Part shown: one piece after another, positions 1 to 7,265 of the stretch
How the letters are laid out: every line of letters begins with the position of its first letter
Numbering within the stretch: position 1 is the stretch's first letter
Assembly (NCBI GenBank): GCA_964570635.1
Contig: CAZMZA010000002.1
Location: 1-33,079 of the forward strand
Length of the DNA stretch: 33,079 bases
Origin: an uncultured Dehalococcoidales bacterium
Lineage (GTDB): Bacteria; Chloroflexota; Dehalococcoidia; Dehalococcoidales; CAYYQY01
Direction: 5' to 3'
The notes under the pieces: model-generated
The model's database searches: none
The model's input: the letters and a program-made list of their open reading frames with translations, nothing else
Told to the model about the DNA's origin: nothing
Made by a program: the position numbers and the translations under genes

Positions 1-704
1 TGGTCGGCGTTGTCCTTGCTCCTGATTATCCTGCCGCTGCGATAATAACCATCGGCACAAATGAGCATTCTTGCCCCACAGTCCAGCATTCTATCCCTCA
101 GCGCATCAGCACTGAAACCACCAAAGACAACGCTGTGAATGGCACCAATCCTGGCACAGGCGAGCATGGCAATTGGCAGCTCAAGAATCATGGGTAAATA
201 AATGCATACCCGGTCACCCTTCTCAATACCATGCTTCTTTAATACGTTGGCGAATCGGCACACCTCATGGTGCAGCTGTTGATAAGTGAGCGTCTTACTG
301 CCACCGAGGTCTCCTTCCCAAATCAGCGCTGCCTTGTTCTTCCTCCACGTTTTTAGGTGCCTATCCAAGCAGTTGTAGGTGACGTTGAGCTTACCACCCA
401 CGAACCACTGATGCTTGCCCTCTTTGAAGTCCTCGACAAGTACCTTATCCCACTTCCTATACCAGTCTAACTGTTGCCCTATCTCACCCCAGAATCCAGC
501 AGGGTCCTCAATAGAGCGCCTGTAGACCTCTCTGTACTCGTCCAGACTCCTGATATACACCCCTTGACTCAACCCCTCCAGACTCTTAATATACGCCTCT
601 TGACCGAACTCCTCAAGGGGGTTAAATGCCCTTTTCTCCGTCATCACCGGAGTAATGGCTCTCCCTTCCTCCACTGCAATGGTATCTTTCTCTGTCTCTT
701 CCAT
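1..704 (-). CDS. acs: Acetyl-CoA synthetase (AMP-forming), N-terminal ~234 codons; the gene runs off the left edge
   Basis: My own minus-strand translation from the ATG at 704; the ORF is absent from the track because it is open at the edge. It reads MEETEKDT...[53 protein letters not shown]...[83 protein letters not shown]. The NCLDRH and [15 protein letters not shown] motifs are typical of Acs. An SD-like GGAAAGGGTG lies upstream. The track ORF 474..794 (+) is its antisense shadow. Confidence 0.85.
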   Translation of the reverse strand, partial: MEETEKDTIAVEEGRAITPVMTEKRAFNPLEEFGQEAYIKSLEGLSQGVYIRSLDEYREVYRRSIEDPAGFWGEIGQQLDWYRKWDKVLVEDFKEGKHQWFVGGKLNVTYNCLDRHLKTWRKNKAALIWEGDLGGSKTLTYQQLHHEVCRFANVLKKHGIEKGDRVCIYLPMILELPIAMLACARIGAIHSVVFGGFSADALRDRMLDCGARMLICADGYYRSGRIIRSKDNAD

Positions 705-723
705 ATCCGCACCCTTTCCAGAC

Positions 724-790
724 CTGCGCCGAGCCAGTGCCAGACCGTAGGTAAACTAGCTAGGGAGTTGGTACTCCTGGCTCGGCGCAG
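724..790 (-). terminator. Perfect 14-bp stem-loop between the small membrane-protein ORF and acs; terminator-like but without a U-tract
   Basis: CTGCGCCGAGCCAG (724-737) is the exact reverse complement of CTGGCTCGGCGCAG (777-790), with a 39-nt loop. It lies 35 nt past the stop of 825..977 and 20 nt before the acs ATG. Confidence 0.35.
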
Positions 791-824
791 TTAAAGATGG
801 CAATAATCACTTCACACCTCATAG

Positions 825-977
825 TTATGCAGCGTGTTTGCCCCAGGCTACGACATGCCTAGCTCTCCGGGCCCAGTGCTCTTTCAGAATAACCAGCCCG
901 ACTATGGCAAGACCGAGCACCGTGGGGGCGACGACGTAAATCGCCAATGCCATCAAGATTGCTAATGCCGTTCCCAT
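825..977 (-). CDS. 50-aa single-pass membrane protein, below the ORF-track size cutoff; paralogue of 6077..6304
   Basis: Translation: MGTALAILMALAIYVVAPTVLGLAIVGLVILKEHWARRARHVVAWGKHAA. It is a hydrophobic helix followed by a basic tail. A strong SD is present (GAAAGGAGGTGAAATCG-ATG). About half of the first 31 residues are identical to METFLAVLMVVGIYLVVPSLIGLAIAGVFVL at 6304, and the SD context is nearly identical at the DNA level. Confidence 0.6.
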   Translation of the reverse strand: MGTALAILMALAIYVVAPTVLGLAIVGLVILKEHWARRARHVVAWGKHAA

Positions 978-1253
978 CGATTTCACCTCCTTTCTTACCT
1001 ATTCACCACCCTTCCTTCCCCCTACTATTAGGTTATCATCTCACGGGTGAAGCGCCATCGGCTTCAAGTCTGATTTCCCCATGCTACAGTTGCCTAATTG
1101 CGACGGGCTCGTGCTAGGCAAGGATGCTTAGTACAGGGGTCTTTAATTAGGCCTTTTTGGCGGTTCAGGTCAGGCCCTGCGTATAAGGGAACGGAGAGGA
1201 TGTGCCTGCTGATGGGGCCTGGCCGAGTAGAAGCCGCCCGCAGCATAAAGCTA

Positions 1254-1289
1254 GAAGCGGGACCGTTCATTATTGAACAGTCCCGCTTC
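1254..1289 (-). terminator. Strong stem-loop, either a terminator of the Lrp/AsnC-like gene or part of a structured RNA
   Basis: GAAGCGGGAC (1254-1263) pairs with GTCCCGCTTC (1280-1289). An inner stem GTTCA/TGAAC (1265-1269 / 1274-1278) follows, with one C.A mismatch and a TTAT loop. On the minus strand it is followed by TAGCTTTATGC, a weak U-tract. Confidence 0.3.
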
Positions 1290-1424
1290 ATACTAAAGGA
1301 GTGACACCCGGCACAACAGAGACCGCCGTAAAAGTGATTGAGTAGTCTAAGCCGCGGTCAGAACCTAGAAAAGTAGCCCCGGAGTGTTAACGACATGGCT
1401 GTGGCTACCACCCCGGGGCAGGAA

Positions 1425-1751
1425 CTATGCTATCTGGGCAATTTTAGCAGTCGCCAGGGGTACCCCTGCCTGCAGCAGGTCAGTAAGCACCGGCCTCGGG
1501 CGTCCGTGGGGTCGGGTCGGCTGAACCGTCAGGATCCGCAGGCGTTTGACCCACTCCTTAGCGAGTATCTTGTTAGCTACCAGTATCACTCTTATGGGGG
1601 CATCAACCTGTACGAATAGGTCACAAGCACCGCTCGCGGGCTCCACAGCTATTACCTCAGGCATAGCCTCCAACTCCCTGACTGCCCTTTCACAACCCCC
1701 AAGGAGGAACTCCTCCGCTACCGTAACCAGGAAATACGCCTTAGTTCCCAT
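1425..1751 (-). CDS. Small Lrp/AsnC-type ligand-binding-domain protein with no HTH domain
   Basis: The N-terminal ~77 aa read MGTKAYFLVTVAEEFLLGGCERAVRELEAMPEVIAVEPASGACDLFVQVDAPIRVILVANKILAKEWVKRLRILTV. This follows the stand-alone AsnC_trans_reg pattern (KAY.L..V......v...L..ip.V......G.yD....V.a). A strong SD is present (GGAAAGGAGGTGCGAA-ATG). The C-terminal 30 aa have no recognisable features. Confidence 0.5.
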   Translation of the reverse strand: MGTKAYFLVTVAEEFLLGGCERAVRELEAMPEVIAVEPASGACDLFVQVDAPIRVILVANKILAKEWVKRLRILTVQPTRPHGRPRPVLTDLLQAGVPLATAKIAQIA

Positions 1752-1968
1752 TTCGCACCTCCTTTCCTGAACTTTATTGAGAGAGCTTGAGACCCTTTTC
1801 TCCTTTCACCTATAGCTTACTATGTTGCTTATCGGTTGCCATCTGGTATAGCGCTTAATCTTGGCCACTGGGAAGACCTAGTTATTAGGCCATTCTTCTA
1901 AGCATTTTTACTTACTGAAGACGCTGGGATTAAGCCATTTTGCTTACGCCATTTAGAACTTACCTTTA

Positions 1969-1997
1969 TTGAAGTACCCGTTGAGGTGGGTTATAAT
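1969..1997 (+). promoter_or_regulatory. Sigma70-type promoter of the two-component operon
   Basis: TTGAAG (1969-1974), a 17-nt spacer, then TATAAT (1992-1997). The -10 box lies inside the track ORF start (GTG 1986), which supports the ATG at 2025 as the true start. Confidence 0.5.
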
Positions 1998-2024
1998 TGT
2001 AAAGAGCAAACATCCGAGGGTGTT

Positions 2025-2690
2025 ATGGACAAGATTAAAGTGCTACTGGCTGAGGACCATGTGATAGTGCGGGAAGGCACGCGTGAGCTTGTTATGCGCG
2101 AACCGGACATGACAGTCGTTGGTGAAGCAGGTGATGGTGAGGAGGCAGTTGAGCTAGCCAACAGACTGCACCCGGATGTAATCGTAATGGATATTAACAT
2201 GCCCAAGCTCAACGGCATAGAAGCCACCAAGCAAATAAAGGCGCTTTACCCGGCCACGGCAGTCTTAATACTCACCGCCTATGATAATGAGCAGTATATC
2301 TTTGCTCTACTGGAGGCGGGAGCGGCCGGATACCTGTTGAAGAATGTGCGGGGAGGTGAATTAGTTGATGCCATTCGTGCGGTAAATGCTGGCGAGTCAG
2401 TGCTTCACCCCTCAATCGCACGCCGGGTTATAGGGCGACTAATATCCCCCGCCGCCAGTCAAGCCGGGGGCGCAGCCGTCGAACTCCTCAGTGAACGCGA
2501 GTTAGACGTGCTGAAGCTGGCGGCCAAAGGGTTGAGCAACAAGGATATCGCTGAAGAGCTCTTTCTGAGCCCGCGCACAGTTCAGACCCACCTAAGTAAT
2601 ATCTTCAACAAGCTGGACGTTGGTTCGCGCACGGAGGCCATTCTACACGGGCTAAGGGAGGGCTGGTTTAACCTGGAAGAGCTGTCCTGA
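2025..2690 (+). CDS. NarL/FixJ-family response regulator (REC domain plus LuxR-type HTH)
   Basis: REC domain: DKIKVLLAEDHVIVREG...DVIVMDINMPKLNGIEATKQIK. HTH domain: LSERELDVLKLAAKGLSNKDIAEELFLSPRTVQTHLSNIFNKLDV. The start was moved to ATG 2025, which has the SD GAGGGTG. Confidence 0.9.
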   Translation: MDKIKVLLAEDHVIVREGTRELVMREPDMTVVGEAGDGEEAVELANRLHPDVIVMDINMPKLNGIEATKQIKALYPATAVLILTAYDNEQYIFALLEAGAAGYLLKNVRGGELVDAIRAVNAGESVLHPSIARRVIGRLISPAASQAGGAAVELLSERELDVLKLAAKGLSNKDIAEELFLSPRTVQTHLSNIFNKLDVGSRTEAILHGLREGWFNLEELS

Positions 2691-2729
2691 CTAAACCTAC
2701 CTTGTTAAGGCTCAAGATGTGTTAGGTCT

Positions 2730-4397
2730 ATGACTGCACTTATGTCTAGTCGAGTGCCGACGGTTATACGTAGCCCCCATTTCTGGGTTTTGTTGTCAGT
2801 ATTTGCCATCGGCACCGTTGTCCACTACCCCCAGCAGATACTCGGTACTGATTCACCATCGCTTTTCACATTTCTCGGTCTGACCCGGCACGCTGTGGAA
2901 CGGATTCTTTTCCTGTTGCCGGTAACCTATGCTGGCCTCATCTTCGGGGTGAGGGCGGGAGCAGCTGTCCTGGCAGCAGCATTCATCGTTATGCTGCCCC
3001 GCGCTCTCCTGGTGTCTGAATATCCACCCGATGCCCTGCTTGAGACCATTGGTGTTGTTATCATTGGCATTCTGGTGAACCTGTGGTTCGAGGGCTATAG
3101 AAGAGAAAGGGAGCGCCGTCAACAGGCACTGTTAAAACTCGAAGCGGCTCAACAGGAGCTTCAATCGCATATTCAAACCATAGAGAGCGACGAGAGGCGT
3201 CTGGCTGCCCTGCACGAGGTTTCGACCATTGTCAGTCAGTCTCTGGAACTGCAGGATATCCTGGATGCCGCCATCCTTAAGGTCATGGAGGTAATGGACA
3301 TAGAGGTGGCTCTGACATTCATCGTGGATGATGATACCAAAGAGCTTGTGCCCAGAGCTTACCGGGGAGTATCCGCAGAATTCATGGCCGGGCTGGAAGG
3401 GCTAAAGGTAGGTGAGGGCTTCAACGGACAGGTTGCCCAGAGTGGGGAGCCGTTAGTGGTAGAAGATATCGCCAGTGACCCCAGGCTTACCCGCCAAGTC
3501 GTGGAACAGGAAGGGCTGCGAGCCGAGCTTATCGTGCCGATGAAAGCCAAGAGTAAAGTGGTAGGTACCCTCTGTGTAGCGACACACAAGCCTCGAAAGT
3601 TTGCTCCGGAAGAGATAGTGCTACTCTCTCAGGTTGCCAACCAGATCGGGGTGGCTGTCGAAAATTCTGGCCTCTACCAGAAAGAGCGCTTGATGGCAGA
3701 GCAGATTGCCGAAGACGCAGCTCAGGAAAAGCAGATGAAAGAGAACCTGAGGTTCTATCTCCAGCAGGTCACCAGGGCCCAGGAGGAGGAGCGCAGGCGC
3801 ATCGCCCGGGAGCTTCACGACGACACAGCCCAGGATTTGGTGGTGCTGTCGCGCCGGTTGGATGGCCTTATCCACAGTGCCAATCAGTGGTCGCCCGATG
3901 ACCTCACCCACTTAGAGCAGATGAGGCAGCAAGTCAGCAGGATACTGGACGGGGTGCGTCGTTTCAGCCAGGACCTGCGACCATCGGTACTGGATGACCT
4001 GGGTCTACTGCCCGCACTGGAATGGCTCGCCTCTGATATATCCCAGCACTTCGGGGTAGATGTGGCCATGGATGTGGTGGGCGATGTACGCCGTTTCCAT
4101 CCTGAGACAGAGCTGGTAATGTTCCGAATTGCTCAGGAGGCGCTCAGGAACGTATGGAAGCATTCGGGGGCATCGAAGGCCTGGATAACAGTGGAATTTG
4201 ACGCTGATAAGACGGTCTTAACTGTGAAAGACAATGGTAAGGGTTTTGAGCTACCGGAGAGACTGGGCGACCTAGCCGGTACCGGCAGGCTTGGGCTGGC
4301 TGGTATGCAAGAGCGGGCACAGCTCATCGGCGGCACGCTAAACATACAATCAAAGCCGGGCAAGGGGGCAACCGTAACTGCCGAGGTTCCAGACTAG
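2730..4397 (+). CDS. Membrane sensor histidine kinase with GAF, HisKA_3 and HATPase_c domains
   Basis: The N-terminus is hydrophobic. A GAF-like segment reads LHEVSTIVSQSLELQDILD...VPMKAKSKVVGTLCVATH...QIGVAVENSGLY. The H-box is RRIARELHDDTAQDL. The ATPase boxes are EALRNVWKHSGAS, VKDNGKGF and GLAGMQERAQLIGG. Confidence 0.9.
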   Translation: MTALMSSRVPTVIRSPHFWVLLSVFAIGTVVHYPQQILGTDSPSLFTFLGLTRHAVERILFLLPVTYAGLIFGVRAGAAVLAAAFIVMLPRALLVSEYPPDALLETIGVVIIGILVNLWFEGYRRERERRQQALLKLEAAQQELQSHIQTIESDERRLAALHEVSTIVSQSLELQDILDAAILKVMEVMDIEVALTFIVDDDTKELVPRAYRGVSAEFMAGLEGLKVGEGFNGQVAQSGEPLVVEDIASDPRLTRQVVEQEGLRAELIVPMKAKSKVVGTLCVATHKPRKFAPEEIVLLSQVANQIGVAVENSGLYQKERLMAEQIAEDAAQEKQMKENLRFYLQQVTRAQEEERRRIARELHDDTAQDLVVLSRRLDGLIHSANQWSPDDLTHLEQMRQQVSRILDGVRRFSQDLRPSVLDDLGLLPALEWLASDISQHFGVDVAMDVVGDVRRFHPETELVMFRIAQEALRNVWKHSGASKAWITVEFDADKTVLTVKDNGKGFELPERLGDLAGTGRLGLAGMQERAQLIGGTLNIQSKPGKGATVTAEVPD

Positions 4398-4421
4398 CTC
4401 AGGAAGCTGCTAGCTGAGCTA
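4395..4421. terminator. 8-bp hairpin spanning both stop codons of the convergent kinase and cytochrome b genes
   Basis: TAGCTCAG (4395-4402) pairs with CTGAGCTA (4414-4421), with an 11-nt loop. The + strand continues TCCTTCCCTGTTTG. Confidence 0.3.
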
Positions 4422-5057
4422 TCCTTCCCTGTTTGAAATCTTACCGTACCACTTACCATGGTGAGTCTTGGCATAGACACCGGACACCTTACCGTCGACC
4501 ATCGATAACAGCGATTCGTCCATCCTGGGATGGAAGACGCCGAGTTGGACATGCAGGAAGAAGAAGCAGAGGGCCACGATAAAGGTGAAATCGTGTACGA
4601 TAACACTCCATTGAAAAACTACCGGGGGCACCACCCCCTTGAGAAACCACATAATGAGTCCGCTAATTACAAAAACCACCCCGCCAAAGAGGATAGCTAA
4701 CCGGTATAGCTTCATCCCGGTGTTAATATACCCCTGCGGAGGCATCATCCTCGGGTCACCACCGAAGTAATAGCCCGGTGCCGCTCTTAACCATCTCAGG
4801 TCGTCCATACCCCAGATGAAGGCCTCCTTAACGAAGTACCACGCCCGTTTCCAGTCCACCAGCGCAAACATGACAGGGGCTGCCACCAAGATTACCGCAC
4901 CAATGCGGTGGATAATACGAATCCAGTTGCCCACTATGGGAAACCCGAACCATTGCAGAAAAATGAGCAACCCGGACAATACCAGCTCTAGGAAGACCGC
5001 GGCAAAGAGCCAGTGAAACCACCTTGCCGATGGCGTATAGCGCTCGACCAACTCCAT
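4419..5057 (-). CDS. FdnI / Ni-Fe-hydrogenase-type b-cytochrome membrane subunit
   Basis: Four hydrophobic helices carry His residues: RWFHWLFAAVF, IIHRIGAVILV, SVIVHDFTFIV and FFFLHVQLGVFHP. I chose ATG 5057 because it has the SD GGAGAGGAGGAAGG and sits 1 nt after the upstream TAG. The track start at 5078 is a GTG inside that SD. Confidence 0.75.
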   Translation of the reverse strand: MELVERYTPSARWFHWLFAAVFLELVLSGLLIFLQWFGFPIVGNWIRIIHRIGAVILVAAPVMFALVDWKRAWYFVKEAFIWGMDDLRWLRAAPGYYFGGDPRMMPPQGYINTGMKLYRLAILFGGVVFVISGLIMWFLKGVVPPVVFQWSVIVHDFTFIVALCFFFLHVQLGVFHPRMDESLLSMVDGKVSGVYAKTHHGKWYGKISNREG

Positions 5058-5058
5058 T

Positions 5059-5874
5059 CTAGCCTTCCTCCTCTCCACGGATATGTCTAGCCCGGGCGAC
5101 CAGAACGTTGATTGCCAAAGCCCCAGCCGCTACCAACCACAAAATCCAAGCATAGGGACGGAAAACGTCCTTCTGGACAGTGGCTAATACAGGGAACTCC
5201 GGATTGCTAGGCAGTCCATAGACTTCAGGCAAGTCATCCAAGACATAAAGGACATGCAGCCCACCCAGCTGGGTTTCTCCATAGAGTGTTGCCCTGGGCC
5301 AAGCCCGGGAGTGAGGCGTCCTAAGCTTGGCAACCAGTTCTCTGCCTTTGGCCACCAGTTCTTCCTGGTCGCCGTAGATGAGTGCGCCAGCGGGACAGGT
5401 CTTGACGCAGGCTGGTTCCTCACCTACGGAGAGGCGGTCAAGACCCGGCGTAGTACATAAGGTGCACTTGTCCATCTTACCCACACCGGTAATTGCTTCG
5501 GCGTCCAGGCGAGGGACATTAAAGGGACAAAACTGCACACAATAACCACAGCCGATACACTTGTCTCTGTCATAGGCAACGAAGCCGTGCTCATGGTGAT
5601 ATAGGGCTCCGGAAGGACAGACTTCCACACAGGCAGCTTCCGTACAGTGCATACAGCTTCGCCGGGTAAACAACCACCTGACGGTGTCACCCTCCACCTC
5701 TTCTTTAAACTTGATTGTTAGCCAGGTGGCAGGTGAGAGATCAGGGGGATTCTCATAAGTGCCCCGGTTGGTCGTTTCGGTCGCCTTAAGTTCGTTCCAT
5801 TGCTTACAGGCTACCTGACAGCCCCGACACGCTATACACTCAGTAGCATCAAACAGGATGGCCTTGTCACCCAT
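5059..5874 (-). CDS. Four-cluster [4Fe-4S] electron-transfer subunit with a C-terminal TM anchor (FdnH/DmsB/NrfC-like)
   Basis: The Cys groups are CIACRGCQVAC, CMHCTEAACVEVCP, CIGCGYCVQFCP and CTLC...ACVKTCP. The C-terminal helix is YAWILWLVAAGALAINVLV. I prefer ATG 5874 (MGDKAILFD) over the track TTG at 5892. Confidence 0.8.
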   Translation of the reverse strand: MGDKAILFDATECIACRGCQVACKQWNELKATETTNRGTYENPPDLSPATWLTIKFKEEVEGDTVRWLFTRRSCMHCTEAACVEVCPSGALYHHEHGFVAYDRDKCIGCGYCVQFCPFNVPRLDAEAITGVGKMDKCTLCTTPGLDRLSVGEEPACVKTCPAGALIYGDQEELVAKGRELVAKLRTPHSRAWPRATLYGETQLGGLHVLYVLDDLPEVYGLPSNPEFPVLATVQKDVFRPYAWILWLVAAGALAINVLVARARHIRGEEEG

Positions 5875-5984
5875 TGTCAACCAACCTCGCAATCTAGATA
5901 AGCTATCACAACCGTCTGTTCACTGTCAACTACTCGGAGAAGCAGTCCTCCCCTCGTGAAGGGAGGTGATTGTTGCATACACGA

Positions 5985-6041
5985 ACAGCATTACTGGCAG
6001 CCTGCTACCCTTAGATTCCCAGCAGCTGCCAGTAATGTTGT
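5985..6041 (-). terminator. Long stem-loop between the small membrane-protein ORF and the FdnH-like gene
   Basis: CATTACTGGCAGC (5989-6001) is the exact complement of GCTGCCAGTAATG (6025-6037). Four outer pairs (5985-5988 / 6038-6041, one of them G.U) and four inner pairs (6003-6006 / 6021-6024) extend the stem. There is no U-tract. Confidence 0.4.
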
Positions 6042-6076
6042 CTTTCGTCGGCGCTCTCTATACCCCATCGTTCGCA

Positions 6077-6304
6077 TCACCGTGTGGTGACAGGTACCTT
6101 TCTCACCTCCTCGGTTATAGCCTTCTCGGGCATCCCGGTTCGTTGCGTGGCTAGGGCTTCAGCTTCGGCTACAAGCCTGGCTCGCTTGGCTCTCTGGGCC
6201 CGGCGGGCACTCAGCACAAACACCCCAGCAATGGCAAGCCCGATTAGAGAAGGCACGACGAGGTAAATCCCGACCACCATCAAAACCGCCAGAAAGGTCT
6301 CCAT
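6077..6304 (-). CDS. 75-aa single-pass membrane protein; paralogue of 825..977
   Basis: Translation: METFLAVLMVVGIYLVVPSLIGLAIAGVFVLSARRAQRAKRARLVAEAEALATQRTGMPEKAITEEVRKVPVTTR. I chose ATG 6304 because the track GTG start at 6313 lies inside the SD (GAAAGGAGGTGAAGTCT-ATG). Confidence 0.6.
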   Translation of the reverse strand: METFLAVLMVVGIYLVVPSLIGLAIAGVFVLSARRAQRAKRARLVAEAEALATQRTGMPEKAITEEVRKVPVTTR

Positions 6305-6509
6305 AGACTTCACCTCCTTTCATACTGTTGATTTCCTTTTCCATCTTCAATCTACCATGTGCCTCAGCAGAGCGTCATCGAGTTCGATACCTATATTTAC
6401 CTTCCTATAAGGCTTAAAAAACGGCTGGCAGCCCTAGGCATTTATGCTTAAACTAGGTGATTATCCCAGCAGTGTCTGGCACGCGACCTGGCTAGTACCA
6501 GCACAAAAG

Positions 6510-6538
6510 TTGATATCCGCACAAAACTGCAATAGAAT
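6510..6538 (+). promoter_or_regulatory. Sigma70-type promoter upstream of the cNMP-binding protein gene
   Basis: TTGATA (6510-6515), a 17-nt spacer, then TAGAAT (6533-6538). Confidence 0.4.
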
Positions 6539-6576
6539 AGCAACAGGTCACCGCAACAACTGACGGCTACCTTACG

Positions 6577-7050
6577 ATGACAGGAGGTAAACAAGTGGAC
6601 AAGTTCGAGGTGCTCAGAAAGTGTGATTTGTTTCGCGGCTTGGATAAGGAGCAGATAGACGTGGTGGAGGGATTGTGCACTGCCGAGGAATTTGAGCCAG
6701 GGACAGTTATGTGCAAACAGGGTGCAAAAGCTGACAAGATTTATGTTATCGAAGACGGTGTGGCAGGAATTATTCTAGAAGTGGGGCAGCTGTCACAACG
6801 CCAAGTCCAGGCCGCTCTCGATTTTGATGTCGCGGGCTGGTCAGCTTTGATAGAACCATACGTTTATACAGCTACCGTCAAGGCCATAGAGAAGACAAGG
6901 GTGCTGACCTTTAATGCCCGGGAACTGGGTCGCCTGTTGCGCGATAGAACTGACATAGGCTATAAAGTCGGCCCGGCGATAGCTTATGTGGTGGCGAAAA
7001 GGTTACACTACGCTTACAACCAGTTGCTCGGTGTTACCTCTCAGGAATGA
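6577..7050 (+). CDS. Stand-alone cyclic-nucleotide-binding (CAP effector) domain protein with no DNA-binding domain
   Basis: LRKCDLFRGLDKEQIDVVEGLCTAEEFEPGTVMCKQGAKADKIYVIEDGVAGIILEV...ATVKAIEKTRVLTFNARELGRLL matches the cNMP-binding fold pattern. The protein ends about 25 aa later, so no HTH is present. An alternative GTG start at 6595 sits 7 nt after an AGGAGG. Confidence 0.8.
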   Translation: MTGGKQVDKFEVLRKCDLFRGLDKEQIDVVEGLCTAEEFEPGTVMCKQGAKADKIYVIEDGVAGIILEVGQLSQRQVQAALDFDVAGWSALIEPYVYTATVKAIEKTRVLTFNARELGRLLRDRTDIGYKVGPAIAYVVAKRLHYAYNQLLGVTSQE

Positions 7051-7265
7051 GCGGTCACCTGGTAGTCCATCACCCCCGGATTTAACGCATGCACGTCGGC
7101 TAAGAGAGCACGGAATTTTGACAATGCGGGTCTTGTAATGCCCTTAACAATATGATAAGGTCTTATATTGGTGTCTTGAGTAGTAAAGCAGGAGGGCAAA
7201 GATGACGATATGAGAGGGTAGCCGGTTAGAACCCTGGATGGAGTGGGACGAAAGGAGTAAAAAGT

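Noticed and set aside
474-794. Track ORFs lying antisense to, or out of frame within, strong CDSs. Examples: 474-794 (+), 9850-10332 (-), 12509-12871 (+), 12875-13213 (+), 15926-16384 (-), 19568-20092 (+), 20519-21220 (+), 22016-22408 (+), 23026-23610 (+), 24833-25228 (+), 28185-28688 (-), 30022-30366 (-).
   Set aside because: Each is fully overlapped by a gene with clear family motifs and an SD. Their translations are low-complexity (Ser/Pro/Arg-rich) and lack ribosome-binding sites.
1165-1215. An SRP (4.5S) RNA-like CAGGTCAGG motif.
   Set aside because: There is no GNAR tetraloop, the 3' AGCAGC side of the symmetric loop is missing, and the predicted fold is asymmetric.
1094-1304. The ORFs 1094-1291 (-) and 1098-1304 (+) inside the long spacer.
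   Set aside because: Their translations are Arg/Pro-rich with no SD and they mirror each other on opposite strands. The region is better explained as structured non-coding DNA.
1160-1500. RNase P RNA-like motifs on the + strand. GCACAACAGAGACCGCC (1311-1327) resembles GCAACAGAGAGCAAACCGCC. GTAAAAGTGATTGAGTAG resembles GGUAAGGGUGAAAGGGUG. CCACCCCGGGGCAGGAAC (1408-1425) resembles CCACCCGGAGCAAGGCC. The motifs are colinear, with roughly E. coli-like spacing.
   Set aside because: There is no convincing P4. No GGAAAGUCCGGGC is present. The best look-alike, GAACAGTCCCGCTTC, pairs with a segment immediately 5' of it rather than with a 3' strand. There is no room for P5-P9 before the ACAGAGA motif and no P12. 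The 3' third would overlap the Lrp/AsnC-like CDS by about 80-150 nt. A cmsearch with RF00010 would settle the question.
5875-6076. A search for a missing molybdopterin catalytic subunit or a remnant pseudogene upstream of the FdnH-like gene.
   Set aside because: Only 200 nt are available and they are occupied by two hairpins. No open frame shows molybdopterin-enzyme motifs.
7181-7190. A 10-mer, TAGTAAAGCA, shared by the module A upstream region (7181-7190) and the module B leader (27853-27862, minus strand). I considered it as a possible common regulatory element.
   Set aside because: It is not colinear with any other shared sequence, and a single 10-mer match between two regions of 200-350 nt is within chance expectation.
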